From assembly GCA_965649265.1 (NCBI GenBank), contig CBFGKC010000007.1:70182-134181 (forward strand): DNA of 64,000 nt, read 5' to 3'. Below are positions 1-9,052 of this stretch, piece by piece (within the stretch, counting starts at the first letter, position 1; every line of letters starts with the position of its first letter). Source of the DNA: a candidate division WOR-3 bacterium. Lineage in GTDB: Bacteria; Hydrothermota; Tepidihabitantia; B3-TA06. Made by a program: the position numbers and the translations under genes. Under the pieces are notes generated by a model. That model did not search any database. It worked only from the letters and a program-made list of their open reading frames with translations, and was not told the DNA's origin.

Positions 1-231
1 CGAATCGTTGACTATGAGGATTGCGCCGTATCTGGATGTGAGCGTGCGGACTTTTCTACCCAGGTCGAGCTGTTCCCCAGACGGCGTCGTCTTGAAGCGA
101 AGCTGCAGGAGCCTTACCCCTGCTTCAAGCACCTGTTCGACGAGAGAGATAAGAAGGTGATTGGGTACGACCTGCTCGTCCGTTATCGCGTAGAGCCGCG
201 GAAGGGTTGCAAACGATTGGGGCGGATGCAT
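1..231 (-). CDS. thiE: thiamine-phosphate synthase ThiE, N-terminal portion (gene continues beyond the window start)
   Basis: Own minus-strand translation from ATG at 229-231, immediately after the stop of the 232..1293 gene: MHPPQSFATLPRLYAITDEQVVPNHLLISLVEQVLEAGVRLLQLRFKTTPSGEQLDLGRKVRTLTSRYGAILIVND. The Y.ITD ... LQLR.K ... LIVND pattern is typical of ThiE. Absent from the ORF track because it is truncated. Confidence 0.5.
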   Translation of the reverse strand, partial: MHPPQSFATLPRLYAITDEQVVPNHLLISLVEQVLEAGVRLLQLRFKTTPSGEQLDLGRKVRTLTSRYGAILIVNDS

Positions 232-1293
232 CTACCCTTTCATTGCCCTGTCGAACGCGGACCAGAACGGATCGACGCGCGGGTGATCGAGCGTTTCGCG
301 CTTTCCCGAACGGATTGATTTGATACCTTCGGATGCGGGAAGGAAGCGACCGATTGCGGTTATCGATGTGTTGCGGTCCTGCATATGTGAAACGAAAGCG
401 TCCCAGTGCTCGGGCCTGACTGCGAGTATGAGGGTGCCCTCGCTTATGGATATCTCAGGCTGCATTCCGAACATCTCGCAGATGGCTCGGATCTCCGGGT
501 ACACGACTATCTTGTCGTATTCGAGTTCGAGGCCCACACCCGACGCCTCGGCCATCTCCATTGCGGCGCCAACCACTCCGCATTCGGTGGCGTCGTGCAT
601 GGCCCGGACTCCCCTGTCGCGCACGCCGAAGCGCGCGGCCGCCAGTGCGTCGTCCACCGTGCTCATAGAATTGAAAATCTCCCAGCCCTTCTTTGCGACC
701 TCCTCGCCGAGCTTGTCCTTGATCTTGTCGGGGAACAGGCGGGCGAATATGCCCACGGCTTCGACGGCGGCACTCTTGGTCATGACAAGAATGTCGCCAG
801 GTCTTGCCATCTGGGGGGTTACGTAGGAATCCTCGTCGCCCACGGCGATAAAGGTAGCACCACCGACCATGGGGTAATCGGTGCCGGTGTAGCGAGCGGT
901 GTGTCCGCCTATGACTGCAGCGCCGTATTTCTTCGATTCGCGGTCGAACACCTTCCAGACCTTTTCGAACTCTTCCTCGGTTATGCTCATAGGGAGATTG
1001 AAATCTACGACCACGTAGGCCACGGGCAGGCCGGAGGTGGTGACGTCGGACGCGAGAATGTGCCACGCGAACCAGGCGGCCTCCTCCCAGCCGTACGGAG
1101 GAACGATGTATATTGGGTCGGTTGTGACGGCCATGACCTTGCCTGGGGCGCTCTGGACTATCGAGATGTCTACCCCATGGTGGGGGCCGACAAGAACCTC
1201 AGGCCGGGCTGCGCCCAGGGAGGGGTAAATGACCGATTTGAAGAACTCCGGCGAAATCTTGCCTATATCCGGAAACTTGACGTCTTTATTCAC
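232..1293 (-). CDS. AIR synthase-related protein (PurM superfamily; possibly a ThiL-like kinase), GTG start
   Basis: 353-aa ORF with PurM-like N and C domains (AAVIGGHTARYTG; DATECGVVGA). Stop abuts the thiE start codon, so the two genes are translationally coupled. Confidence 0.5.
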   Translation of the reverse strand: MNKDVKFPDIGKISPEFFKSVIYPSLGAARPEVLVGPHHGVDISIVQSAPGKVMAVTTDPIYIVPPYGWEEAAWFAWHILASDVTTSGLPVAYVVVDFNLPMSITEEEFEKVWKVFDRESKKYGAAVIGGHTARYTGTDYPMVGGATFIAVGDEDSYVTPQMARPGDILVMTKSAAVEAVGIFARLFPDKIKDKLGEEVAKKGWEIFNSMSTVDDALAAARFGVRDRGVRAMHDATECGVVGAAMEMAEASGVGLELEYDKIVVYPEIRAICEMFGMQPEISISEGTLILAVRPEHWDAFVSHMQDRNTSITAIGRFLPASEGIKSIRSGKRETLDHPRVDPFWSAFDRAMKG

Positions 1294-1334
1294 TCTTCCT
1301 CCTTGCGGAATTTGATTGTAACGTTCGGAAAGTT

Positions 1335-1362
1335 ATTATACTCCCCTCCCTTTCTTTGTCAA
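1335..1362 (-). promoter_or_regulatory. sigma70-like promoter (TTGACA-16-TATAAT on minus strand) for the PurM-like/thiE operon
   Basis: Reverse complement of 1335-1362 reads TTGACAaagaaagggaggggagTATAAT; GGAGG lies 4 nt before the GTG start. Confidence 0.55.
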
Positions 1363-1409
1363 AAGATCCCTTTTTAAAGAGCATTATTCCAAGGTTCAAG
1401 GTCTTATTC

Positions 1410-1443
1410 AAAAAAAGAGGGCACTACTTGTGCCCTCTTTTTT
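1410..1443. terminator. bidirectional rho-independent terminator
   Basis: A-run, GAGGGCAC-tactt-GTGCCCTC hairpin, then T-run. Sits between the 5' end of one minus-strand gene and the 3' end of the next. Confidence 0.7.
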
Positions 1444-1455
1444 GAAATTACGGAT

Positions 1456-2874
1456 TTATTTCAGGATAGTTCTCGCTGAAGCGAAGGAATTGCCCGAGAC
1501 AAGACGGAAGAAGTACACGCCGCTCGTGGCACGCTCACCGGAATCGGTGGTGCCGTTCCAGGAAACCTGGAACTCGCCCGCGGCGCTCGTTCCCGATACA
1601 AGGGTTTTTACGAGCGAACCCGAGGCATCGTAGATCCGCAAGGATACTGCGCCCGATACGGGGACAAAGTAGCTGACTGTCGCGTTGGTTGAAAGGATGG
1701 GCTCAACAGTAAGGAAGGAAAGAGGTGTTACGGGGGAGGGCGAGGAGGGTGAGGAGGGTTCTTCAACGCCGGCATAAAGAGCTTCATTGCTCCTCGCGTG
1801 GTAGATCTCGGAATCGCCGTCCGAATTGTTGTAGAAGACTATGTGTCCGATACCTGATGCGTCGCAGGTAAAGAAACGTCCCAGCATTACATAATCATCG
1901 AAGCCGTTGTCGGTCACGCGGCCTGTGCCCCATATGCCTGCGGCATTCGTGGCGTAGAATATCTCCGCGTCACCCGGCTCCACGGCCAGATATGCGATGT
2001 GCACCTTGCCCGAAGGATCGACATAAATAGTCGGGTTGACGTTATGATAAGAGGTACTCGTAACCTTGCTTTCCTGCCAGGTCCCAGTCACGTCATTGGC
2101 GTAGTATATCTGGTTAAAACTGCCGTCGCTCTTGGCAAAGGTCACATGGGCCTTGTCGTTTCCATCCAGGACGATGAAGGGATAAGAATTCGCGCCAGTG
2201 GAACCCGCAACAGGCACAGGTGAAGTCCATATGCCGGCCGTTTTGTACGTGTAATGAATATGCGAACCGTTTCTGTACACTATACGCGGGTTGCCTGTCT
2301 TGTCGAGTGCAAACCAGGGAAAGACATCGTCGGAGGCGTTATCCGTGACCTGCTCCGATATCCATGAACCTGAGACGTTGTTGGCGTAGAATATTTCCAC
2401 GTCGCCACCGATATTTTTTTGATACACTACGTGCGCAAAACCGCTTTGGTCGAGCGCGATAACCGGCCGGTCGTCATCGTTAGCGTCATCTGTGATGCGG
2501 GTGGTGGTCCAGGTAGTGCCGCTGCCGTAACAGTAAGAAACCTCGTTATCCGGGACGTCTTCCCAGTAGTGGGCTAAATAGGCCGTCTGTTCGTTGTACT
2601 TGACTGCAATGTCATAACCCACATCGCCATATGTGTTATCCGTAACCCTGTTAGAGGTCCAAGGACCCGAAAAGTTGTTGGCTACGAATATCTCACGATC
2701 AGGGTCAGAGTTGCAATATACCACCAGCAGACCCGATTGTACCGCGGCTATGAAAGGATAGTCATCCATCTCAGTGTTATCCGTGACCTTGTCTATGGTC
2801 CACGTTGCACCAATGGACGGCGTAGCAAGACCGATCATTAACGCAAGAACCGCTACTACGACGTACTTGCTCAT
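1456..2874 (-). CDS. secreted VTDN-repeat beta-propeller-like protein with T9SS-type C-terminal sorting domain (paralog 1 of 5)
   Basis: ORF track entry 1456..2931, trimmed to the internal ATG at 2874 that has a GGAG RBS and begins a signal peptide (MSKYVVVAVLALMIGLATPSIGA). About seven repeats carry the motifs (K/R)(V/I)TDN and EIFYANN.SG.W. A P/S-rich linker (EEPSSPSSPSPVTP) precedes a C-terminal tail ...GVYFFRLVSGNSFASARTILK. Confidence 0.6.
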   Translation of the reverse strand: MSKYVVVAVLALMIGLATPSIGATWTIDKVTDNTEMDDYPFIAAVQSGLLVVYCNSDPDREIFVANNFSGPWTSNRVTDNTYGDVGYDIAVKYNEQTAYLAHYWEDVPDNEVSYCYGSGTTWTTTRITDDANDDDRPVIALDQSGFAHVVYQKNIGGDVEIFYANNVSGSWISEQVTDNASDDVFPWFALDKTGNPRIVYRNGSHIHYTYKTAGIWTSPVPVAGSTGANSYPFIVLDGNDKAHVTFAKSDGSFNQIYYANDVTGTWQESKVTSTSYHNVNPTIYVDPSGKVHIAYLAVEPGDAEIFYATNAAGIWGTGRVTDNGFDDYVMLGRFFTCDASGIGHIVFYNNSDGDSEIYHARSNEALYAGVEEPSSPSSPSPVTPLSFLTVEPILSTNATVSYFVPVSGAVSLRIYDASGSLVKTLVSGTSAAGEFQVSWNGTTDSGERATSGVYFFRLVSGNSFASARTILK

Positions 2875-2944
2875 TTGTCGCTCCTTTTTTGGATTAACCA
2901 TACTTGTTTTGTTTGCTTTGAAATCCTGCAACTTAGCTGCACTA

Positions 2945-2972
2945 ACTATAAGGTCATTTTACTTGTTGTCAA
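2945..2972 (-). promoter_or_regulatory. sigma70-like promoter (TTGACA-17-TATAGT, minus strand) for paralog 1
   Basis: Reverse complement reads TTGACAacaagtaaaatgaccttATAGTT. Confidence 0.45.
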
Positions 2973-2992
2973 GAATTCTTATTACTATTAAC

Positions 2993-3026
2993 TTTAAAAG
3001 GGGGCATCACATGGATGCCCCCGAAG
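2993..3026 (-). terminator. rho-independent terminator downstream of paralog 2
   Basis: GGGGGCATC-acat-GGATGCCCCC hairpin. The plus-strand A-run to its left (positions ~2993-2996) gives a U-run on the minus transcript. Confidence 0.55.
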
Positions 3027-3042
3027 GAAATGCGTCCGAATC

Positions 3043-4488
3043 CTATCTAAGGATTGTCTTTGCCGACACGACACCGGCAGGCGTTACGAGACGGATAAAG
3101 TACACTCCGTTCGTGACCTTTGAGCCTGAATCTGCAAAACCATTCCAGGCGATGCTGTAGCAGCCTGAGCTGAGAGTTCCATCAACAAGAGTTTTTACGA
3201 GCGAACCCGAGGCATCGTAGACCCGCAGGGATACTGCGCCAGATGAAGGGATTGAGTAGCTGACGATCGAGTTGGAGAAAAGGACCGATTCGACTGTTAT
3301 TGAAGGGGAGGAGAGGGGTGTTACGGGGGAGGGCGAGGAGGGCGAGGGGGGCGAGGGGGGCTCTTCGACGCCGGCAAAGAGGTGTTCGTTGCTGTATGCG
3401 TGGTAAATCTCGTTGTCACCGTCCGAGCTGTTCCAGAAAAAGATATGGCCGACACCCGAAGCATCGCAAACGAAGTAACGCCCCATCACCCCGCCGTCAT
3501 TGTAACCGTTATCGGTCACTCGGCCGGTACTCCATATGCCTGCAACGTTGTTCGCGTAGAACATCTCCAAATCGCCCGGTTCCGCGGCAACATAGGCGAT
3601 ATGAGCTTTGGCCGAAGGATCAACCCAGATGGTCGGAAAGCCATTGTCATAGCTCGAGGTCGTCACCTTGCTCTCCTGCCAGGTACCCGTCACATCGTTG
3701 GCGTAGTATATCTGATTGTGGACCCCGTCGCTCTTTGCATACGTGACATGCGCCTTATCGTTTCCATCCAGGACGATGAAAGGGAATGAATTCGCGTTAA
3801 ACCCGCCCGCCACCGGCACCGGGGTAGTCCAGATGCCGGCCGTCTTGTAGGTGAAAAAAAGCTGTATGCCGTTGGGTCCATCGTTCACGTAGACTACCCT
3901 GGGGTTGCCTTGTTTGTCCAGCGCAAACCATGGTACTACATCATTAGTGTTGTTGTCCGTGACCTGTTCGGATACCCATGAACCCGTGACGTTGTTGGCG
4001 TAGAATATCTCCCAGTCTGCGCCTATCAATTTCTGATAGATCACATGCACGAACCCTGAATTATCCAGCGCTATGGAGGGCCATGCATCGTCGGCAGCGT
4101 CATCGGTGATGCGGGAGATGTTCCAGCTTGAACCCGAACCGGTGCAATAGGATATCTCCTGATCGGGTGCGTCCACCCACCAGACCGGGATATGGGCTGT
4201 TTGTTCGTTATATCTTGCCGCGATATCGAAACCCAGATCACTATAAGTATTATCGGTAACCCTGTTTGAGGTCCACGTACCCGAAAAGTTGTTGGCTACA
4301 AAGACTTCGTTGTCGGCATCGTAAAGTGTATATACCACGATCAGACTCGACTGGACCGCGGCCACAAAGGGATTAACATCCGATTCCGTATTGTCTGTGA
4401 CTTTTTCAATTGTCCATGTGACCGCAAGCGATGGGTAAGCCAGGCCGGAAATCAGGAATATGGCGCTTACTAAGAGGCACTTACGCAT
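3043..4488 (-). CDS. secreted VTDN-repeat beta-propeller-like protein with T9SS-type CTD (paralog 2 of 5)
   Basis: ORF track 3043..4620, trimmed to the ATG at 4488 (MRKCLLVSAIFLISGLAYPSLA signal peptide, AGGAG RBS). Same repeat architecture; linker EEPPSPPSPSSPSPVTP; tail GVYFIRLVTPAGVVSAKTILR. Confidence 0.6.
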   Translation of the reverse strand: MRKCLLVSAIFLISGLAYPSLAVTWTIEKVTDNTESDVNPFVAAVQSSLIVVYTLYDADNEVFVANNFSGTWTSNRVTDNTYSDLGFDIAARYNEQTAHIPVWWVDAPDQEISYCTGSGSSWNISRITDDAADDAWPSIALDNSGFVHVIYQKLIGADWEIFYANNVTGSWVSEQVTDNNTNDVVPWFALDKQGNPRVVYVNDGPNGIQLFFTYKTAGIWTTPVPVAGGFNANSFPFIVLDGNDKAHVTYAKSDGVHNQIYYANDVTGTWQESKVTTSSYDNGFPTIWVDPSAKAHIAYVAAEPGDLEMFYANNVAGIWSTGRVTDNGYNDGGVMGRYFVCDASGVGHIFFWNSSDGDNEIYHAYSNEHLFAGVEEPPSPPSPSSPSPVTPLSSPSITVESVLFSNSIVSYSIPSSGAVSLRVYDASGSLVKTLVDGTLSSGCYSIAWNGFADSGSKVTNGVYFIRLVTPAGVVSAKTILR

Positions 4489-4514
4489 GTTACTTCTCCT
4501 TTTTGTATTCAGGC

Positions 4515-5915
4515 TTATTTCAAAATCGTTCTGGCCGATGCCGAACCTGAACCTGTCACAAGGCGGAAGAAGTAAACGCCGCCTGTCGCTTTGGTTCCTG
4601 AATCGGTGATGCCGTTCCACGAAACACTGAACTCACCGACAGCGCTAGTGCCCGCAACGAGGGTACGAACGAGCGAACCGGAGGCGTCGTAAACCTTCAG
4701 GGAAACGGTGCCGGACACGGGAACGGTATAGAAAACACTCGCATTTGCGGAGATGATGGAAGCGACTTTCAAGAGGGAGGGGGTGGAAGGCGAGGAGGGC
4801 TCGTTTATGCCGGTATGTAATGGTTCGTTGCTGTAGGCGTGATAGATCTCATGATCACCATCGGAGTTGTTCCAGAAGAAGATATGACCTACCCGATTGG
4901 CATCAATTGTGAAGTAGCGACCTACCACTGCCCAGTCGTCTACGGAGTTATCGGTCACTCGGCCTGTACTCCATACCCCGGCAACGTTATTTGCGTAAAA
5001 AATCTCCGCATCTCCGGGCTCTAGAGCCACGTATGCGATATGGGCCTTGGCATAAGGATCAACGAAGATAGTCGGATAGATGTTGCTATAAGTCGTAGTC
5101 GTCACCTTGCTCTCCTGCCAGGTACCTATCACGTTATTGGCATAGTATATCTGATTGAAGCTTCCGTCGTCCTTGGCATAGGTTACATGGGCCTTATCAT
5201 TTCTGTCGAGGACGATGAAGGGAAAAGAGTTAGTACCGAATCCGCCGGCGACAGGCACGGCCGTAGTCCAGATACCCGCCGTCTTGTAGGTGTAGAGAAG
5301 CTGCCCACCTGTCACGTAAACCACATGAGGGTTTCCCAGCTTATCAAGCGCAAACCAGGGAACAATGTCATCAACGGCGTTATCGGTTACCTGTTCTGAA
5401 ATCCATGAACCGGCCACGTTATTGGCGTAAAATATCTCTATGTCACCACCGACGTTCTTCTGATAGACCATATGCGTAAACCCGGCTTTATCGAGTGCAA
5501 TCGAGGGCCAGGCATCGTTATCAGCATCATCGGTGACGCGTATGTCGTTCCATGTCGTTCCGGAACCGGTGCAGCATGATATCTCCTGATCGGGCGTATC
5601 CTGCCACCAATGGGCGAGATGGGCGGTCTGCTCATCATACTTTGCCGCAATGTCGAGTCCGATATCGCTTATCGTATTGTCCGTAACTCTGTTCGAGGTC
5701 CATGAACCCGAAAAATTGTTGGCGAAAAAGATTTCATTGTCAGGGTCTCCGTGAGTGTAGACCACAAAAAGACCTGAGGAAACCGCGGTCACAAACGAAA
5801 ACGCATCCGGTTCCGTGTTATCGGTCACTTTCTCTATTGTCCATGTGGCGCCGAAAGAAGGGATGAATAAGCCACTAGCCAGCATCAAAATTGCTATTAC
5901 CTGGTATTTGTGCAT
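4515..5915 (-). CDS. secreted VTDN-repeat beta-propeller-like protein with T9SS-type CTD (paralog 3 of 5)
   Basis: 466 aa; signal peptide MHKYQVIAILMLASGLFIPSFGA; repeats and tail GVYFFRLVTGSGSASARTILK. Confidence 0.6.
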   Translation of the reverse strand: MHKYQVIAILMLASGLFIPSFGATWTIEKVTDNTEPDAFSFVTAVSSGLFVVYTHGDPDNEIFFANNFSGSWTSNRVTDNTISDIGLDIAAKYDEQTAHLAHWWQDTPDQEISCCTGSGTTWNDIRVTDDADNDAWPSIALDKAGFTHMVYQKNVGGDIEIFYANNVAGSWISEQVTDNAVDDIVPWFALDKLGNPHVVYVTGGQLLYTYKTAGIWTTAVPVAGGFGTNSFPFIVLDRNDKAHVTYAKDDGSFNQIYYANNVIGTWQESKVTTTTYSNIYPTIFVDPYAKAHIAYVALEPGDAEIFYANNVAGVWSTGRVTDNSVDDWAVVGRYFTIDANRVGHIFFWNNSDGDHEIYHAYSNEPLHTGINEPSSPSTPSLLKVASIISANASVFYTVPVSGTVSLKVYDASGSLVRTLVAGTSAVGEFSVSWNGITDSGTKATGGVYFFRLVTGSGSASARTILK

Positions 5916-6007
5916 ATTACTACTCCTTTTTAGAGTTTGTTCTCATAGTTTCATATCGAAACTGAAGAGGGAATCAAGGGATTCCCTCTTCAGTCAAAAT
6001 CATTGCC

Positions 6008-7408
6008 TTAATTCAAAATCGCTTTTGCTGATATGGCCGCCGATTTCGTCTCCAGACGGAAGAAATACACGCCGCTGGTGGCGCGTGCGCCTGCATCGGT
6101 CAGACCGTTCCAGCTTGCACTGAACTCGCCCGGAGCGCTGTTACCGGAAACCAGGGTCTTGACAAGCGAACCTGCCGCGTCGTAGATACGCAGGGAGACG
6201 TTGCCTGCTTCAGGAACGGTGTAGCTGACAGCGGCAGCACCGGCAAGAATGGGTGCGACGGTAATTGAGGCGGGAGCAGAGGTGGTTTTGAACTCCTCAA
6301 CGCCGGCATAGAGGGGTTCATTGCTTTTCGCGTGGTAGATCTCGTTGTCGCCGTCGGAGTTGTTCCAGAAAAACACGTGTCCGATACGATTGGCGTCGCA
6401 GGTAAAGTAGCGGCCCAAAATCCCGCCGTCGTTGAAACCGTTATCTGTTACACGGCCTGTGCTCCATATCCCTGCGGCATTAGTGGCATAAAACATTTCC
6501 CAGTCACCAGGTTCGACGGCAACATAGGCAATATGCGCCTTGGCCGAAGGATCCACAAAGATGGTCGGGAAAAGGTTGTCATAGGATGTGGTCGTGACCT
6601 TGCTTTCCTGCCAGGTTCCGGTCACGTTGTTGGCGTAATAAACCTGATTGAAGCTTCCATCGCTCCTGGCATAGGTGATATGGGCTTTGTCGTTGTTGTC
6701 GAGAACGATGAACGGCAGTGAGTTGACTCCTCCCCCGATCGTGATAGGCTCGGGCTCGGACCATACGCCTGCGCTCTTCTTTGTATAACCTATGGTTGTA
6801 CCTCTTACTAAGACTATGTGAGGATTACCAGTTTTATCGAGAGCAAACCAGGGAGCAACATCATCCACTCCATTATCGGTAACCTGTTCGACCAACCAGG
6901 AACCTGAAACGTTGTTGGCGTAGAATATCTCCCAGTCGCCGCCGATATTTTTCTGAAAAACAACATGCACGAATCCGTTATTATCAAGAGCAATAGAAGG
7001 CCAAGCATCATTGTCTGCGTCGTCGGTGATTCGCGAGACGTTCCAGGAGGTCCCTGAACCCTTGCAATAGGATATCTCCTGATCGGGTACGTCCTGCCAC
7101 CAGATAGGGATTTGGGCCGTCTGTTCGTTGTACTTTGCGGCTATGTCGAGGCCGATATCGGAATAAGTATTATCGGTAACCCTGTTGGATACCCATGAAC
7201 CGGAGAAGTTGTTGGCGACAAAAACCTCATTGTCCGCATCGTTGTGGGTATAGACCACCATCAGACCCGATTGCACGGCGGCTACAAACGGATTTATATC
7301 CGACTCCGTATTGTCGGTCACCTTCTCTACAGTCCACGTTGCCGCGATTGACGGCTGTACGAATGCCGCCATCACGAGCGTTATTATTATCACTGCATAC
7401 TTACGCAT
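6008..7408 (-). CDS. secreted VTDN-repeat beta-propeller-like protein with T9SS-type CTD (paralog 4 of 5)
   Basis: 466 aa; signal peptide MRKYAVIIITLVMAAFVQPSIAA; tail GVYFFRLETKSAAISAKAILN. Confidence 0.6.
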   Translation of the reverse strand: MRKYAVIIITLVMAAFVQPSIAATWTVEKVTDNTESDINPFVAAVQSGLMVVYTHNDADNEVFVANNFSGSWVSNRVTDNTYSDIGLDIAAKYNEQTAQIPIWWQDVPDQEISYCKGSGTSWNVSRITDDADNDAWPSIALDNNGFVHVVFQKNIGGDWEIFYANNVSGSWLVEQVTDNGVDDVAPWFALDKTGNPHIVLVRGTTIGYTKKSAGVWSEPEPITIGGGVNSLPFIVLDNNDKAHITYARSDGSFNQVYYANNVTGTWQESKVTTTSYDNLFPTIFVDPSAKAHIAYVAVEPGDWEMFYATNAAGIWSTGRVTDNGFNDGGILGRYFTCDANRIGHVFFWNNSDGDNEIYHAKSNEPLYAGVEEFKTTSAPASITVAPILAGAAAVSYTVPEAGNVSLRIYDAAGSLVKTLVSGNSAPGEFSASWNGLTDAGARATSGVYFFRLETKSAAISAKAILN

Positions 7409-7429
7409 GTTCCTGCTCCTTTTTGGGTT

Positions 7430-8830
7430 TTACTTCAATATTGTCTTTGCGGACACAGTGGTCGTGCCCGTTGTAAGGCTCATGAAATAGACTCCTCCGG
7501 CAGCTTTGCAGCCTGCATCGGTCATGCCGTCCCAGTTCACGTAAAACTCGCCCGCACTGCAAATCCCGCTGACAAGAGTCCTTACGAGCGAACCTGAAGC
7601 GTCGTATACCTTGAGGGATAAGTTTGCGGAAACCGGAACGGTGTAAGAAACGATCGAGTTGCCGGAGACGATAGGCGCAACTTTGATAGAAGGGGTGAAG
7701 GTGGAGGACGCAAACTCCTCGACTCCTGCATACAACGGTTCGTTGCTGTAGGCATGGTATACTTCCGCATCGCCGTCCGATGCATTAATGAAAACCATGT
7801 GACCTGTACCCTGAGCGTCACTTACAAAGTAACGACCCAACCTGACAGCGTCGTCCGTACCGTTGTCGGTAACGCGGCCCGTCGTCCAGATACCTGCGGC
7901 ATTCGTTGCGTAGAACATCTCTAAATCACCCGGCTCCGAGGCTTCATAGGCAATATGGGCTTTTGAATAAGGATCCACAAAGATGGTCGGAAAGGCGTTA
8001 TCGTAGCTCGTGTTCGTTACCTTGCTCTCCTGCCAGGAACCTGTAACGTTGTTGGCGTAGTATACCTGGATGAAACTTCCGTCGCTTTTTGCGAATGCGA
8101 CGTGAGCGTTATCGTCCTTATCAAGAACAACGAACGGAAATGTGCTAATACCCATTCCGGAGGCCACAGGCTCGGGCGACATCCAGATGCCTGCCGACTT
8201 CCTGGTATAAAAAAGCCCCGTGCCGCTTAAGTAGACAATATGAGGATTGCCGGCCTTATCGAGCGCAAACCAGGGAAGAAGGTCGTTCACAGCGTTATCG
8301 GTAACCTGCTCGGATATCCACGAACCGGTCACGTTGTTGGCGTAGAAAATCTCACCGTCGCCGCCGATATTTTTCTGGTATACCATGTGCACGTGTCCGG
8401 AATTGTCGAGCGCGATAACTGGTCTTTGGTCATCGTTGCCGTCGTCGGTTACTCTCTCCGTACTCCAGCTCGTCGATGAACCCTTGTAATAGGATATCTC
8501 GTCATCAGGTGTATCATGCCAGTAAACGGCTATATGCGCCGTCTGCTCGTTGTACTTCGCGGCTATATCGTATCCGAAATCGTCGCGCGTATTGTCCGTA
8601 ACCCTGTTAGAGGTCCACGAACCCGAAAAGTTGTTGGCAACAAAAACCTCATCATCCGGGTCGCGATTGGTATACGCAATCAAGAGTCCCGACTGAACAG
8701 AGGCAATGAATGGATAGACGTCTATCTCAGTGTTATCGGTAACTTTTTCAATAGTCCATGTAGCACTTGTCATGGGGACAACAAATATGACCGAAAGTAT
8801 GAAAGCGGAAAGCACCACGTGCTTGTTCAT
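7430..8830 (-). CDS. secreted VTDN-repeat beta-propeller-like protein with T9SS-type CTD (paralog 5 of 5)
   Basis: 466 aa; signal peptide; tail GVYFMSLTTGTTTVSAKTILK. Only 21 nt separate it from paralog 4. Confidence 0.6.
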   Translation of the reverse strand: MNKHVVLSAFILSVIFVVPMTSATWTIEKVTDNTEIDVYPFIASVQSGLLIAYTNRDPDDEVFVANNFSGSWTSNRVTDNTRDDFGYDIAAKYNEQTAHIAVYWHDTPDDEISYYKGSSTSWSTERVTDDGNDDQRPVIALDNSGHVHMVYQKNIGGDGEIFYANNVTGSWISEQVTDNAVNDLLPWFALDKAGNPHIVYLSGTGLFYTRKSAGIWMSPEPVASGMGISTFPFVVLDKDDNAHVAFAKSDGSFIQVYYANNVTGSWQESKVTNTSYDNAFPTIFVDPYSKAHIAYEASEPGDLEMFYATNAAGIWTTGRVTDNGTDDAVRLGRYFVSDAQGTGHMVFINASDGDAEVYHAYSNEPLYAGVEEFASSTFTPSIKVAPIVSGNSIVSYTVPVSANLSLKVYDASGSLVRTLVSGICSAGEFYVNWDGMTDAGCKAAGGVYFMSLTTGTTTVSAKTILK

Positions 8831-9052
8831 TAGTCTTCCTCCTACGGTTTAAGATTTCATCACTTGTTTTCTTTCTCAAGCCTCCGTCAGAGTGGAGAAA
8901 ACGCCTCCTCTTAGATGCCGCGCCCGACGCTTCTCCGAAGCATAACTGGTTGCGAATCTTAAGCGGTAATCTGTAACTGTTATTAGTTTAAAGATATTCT
9001 TAGTTTTGTCAAGAGAAGGTTTATGGGATTGAGAATGCGTCGCTTCTGCGGA

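Noticed and set aside
1294-1412. A TPP riboswitch upstream of the PurM-like/thiE operon
   Set aside because: The leader between the promoter and the GTG start is only about 40 nt and lacks the CUGAGA / ACCUGAUCUGGAUAAUGCCAGCG elements.
1456-8830. The paralog family could be targets of a diversity-generating retroelement
   Set aside because: No reverse transcriptase and no template repeat or adenine-specific variable region are visible. Divergence is spread along the whole length.
1999-8833. Numerous plus-strand ORFs of 60-150 aa inside the paralog array (for example 1999..2223, 3300..3746, 3382..3789, 5040..5399, 6332..6721, 8516..8833)
   Set aside because: They are antisense to well-supported minus-strand genes, with Arg/Cys/His-rich junk composition typical of reverse-frame reads of GC-rich coding DNA.
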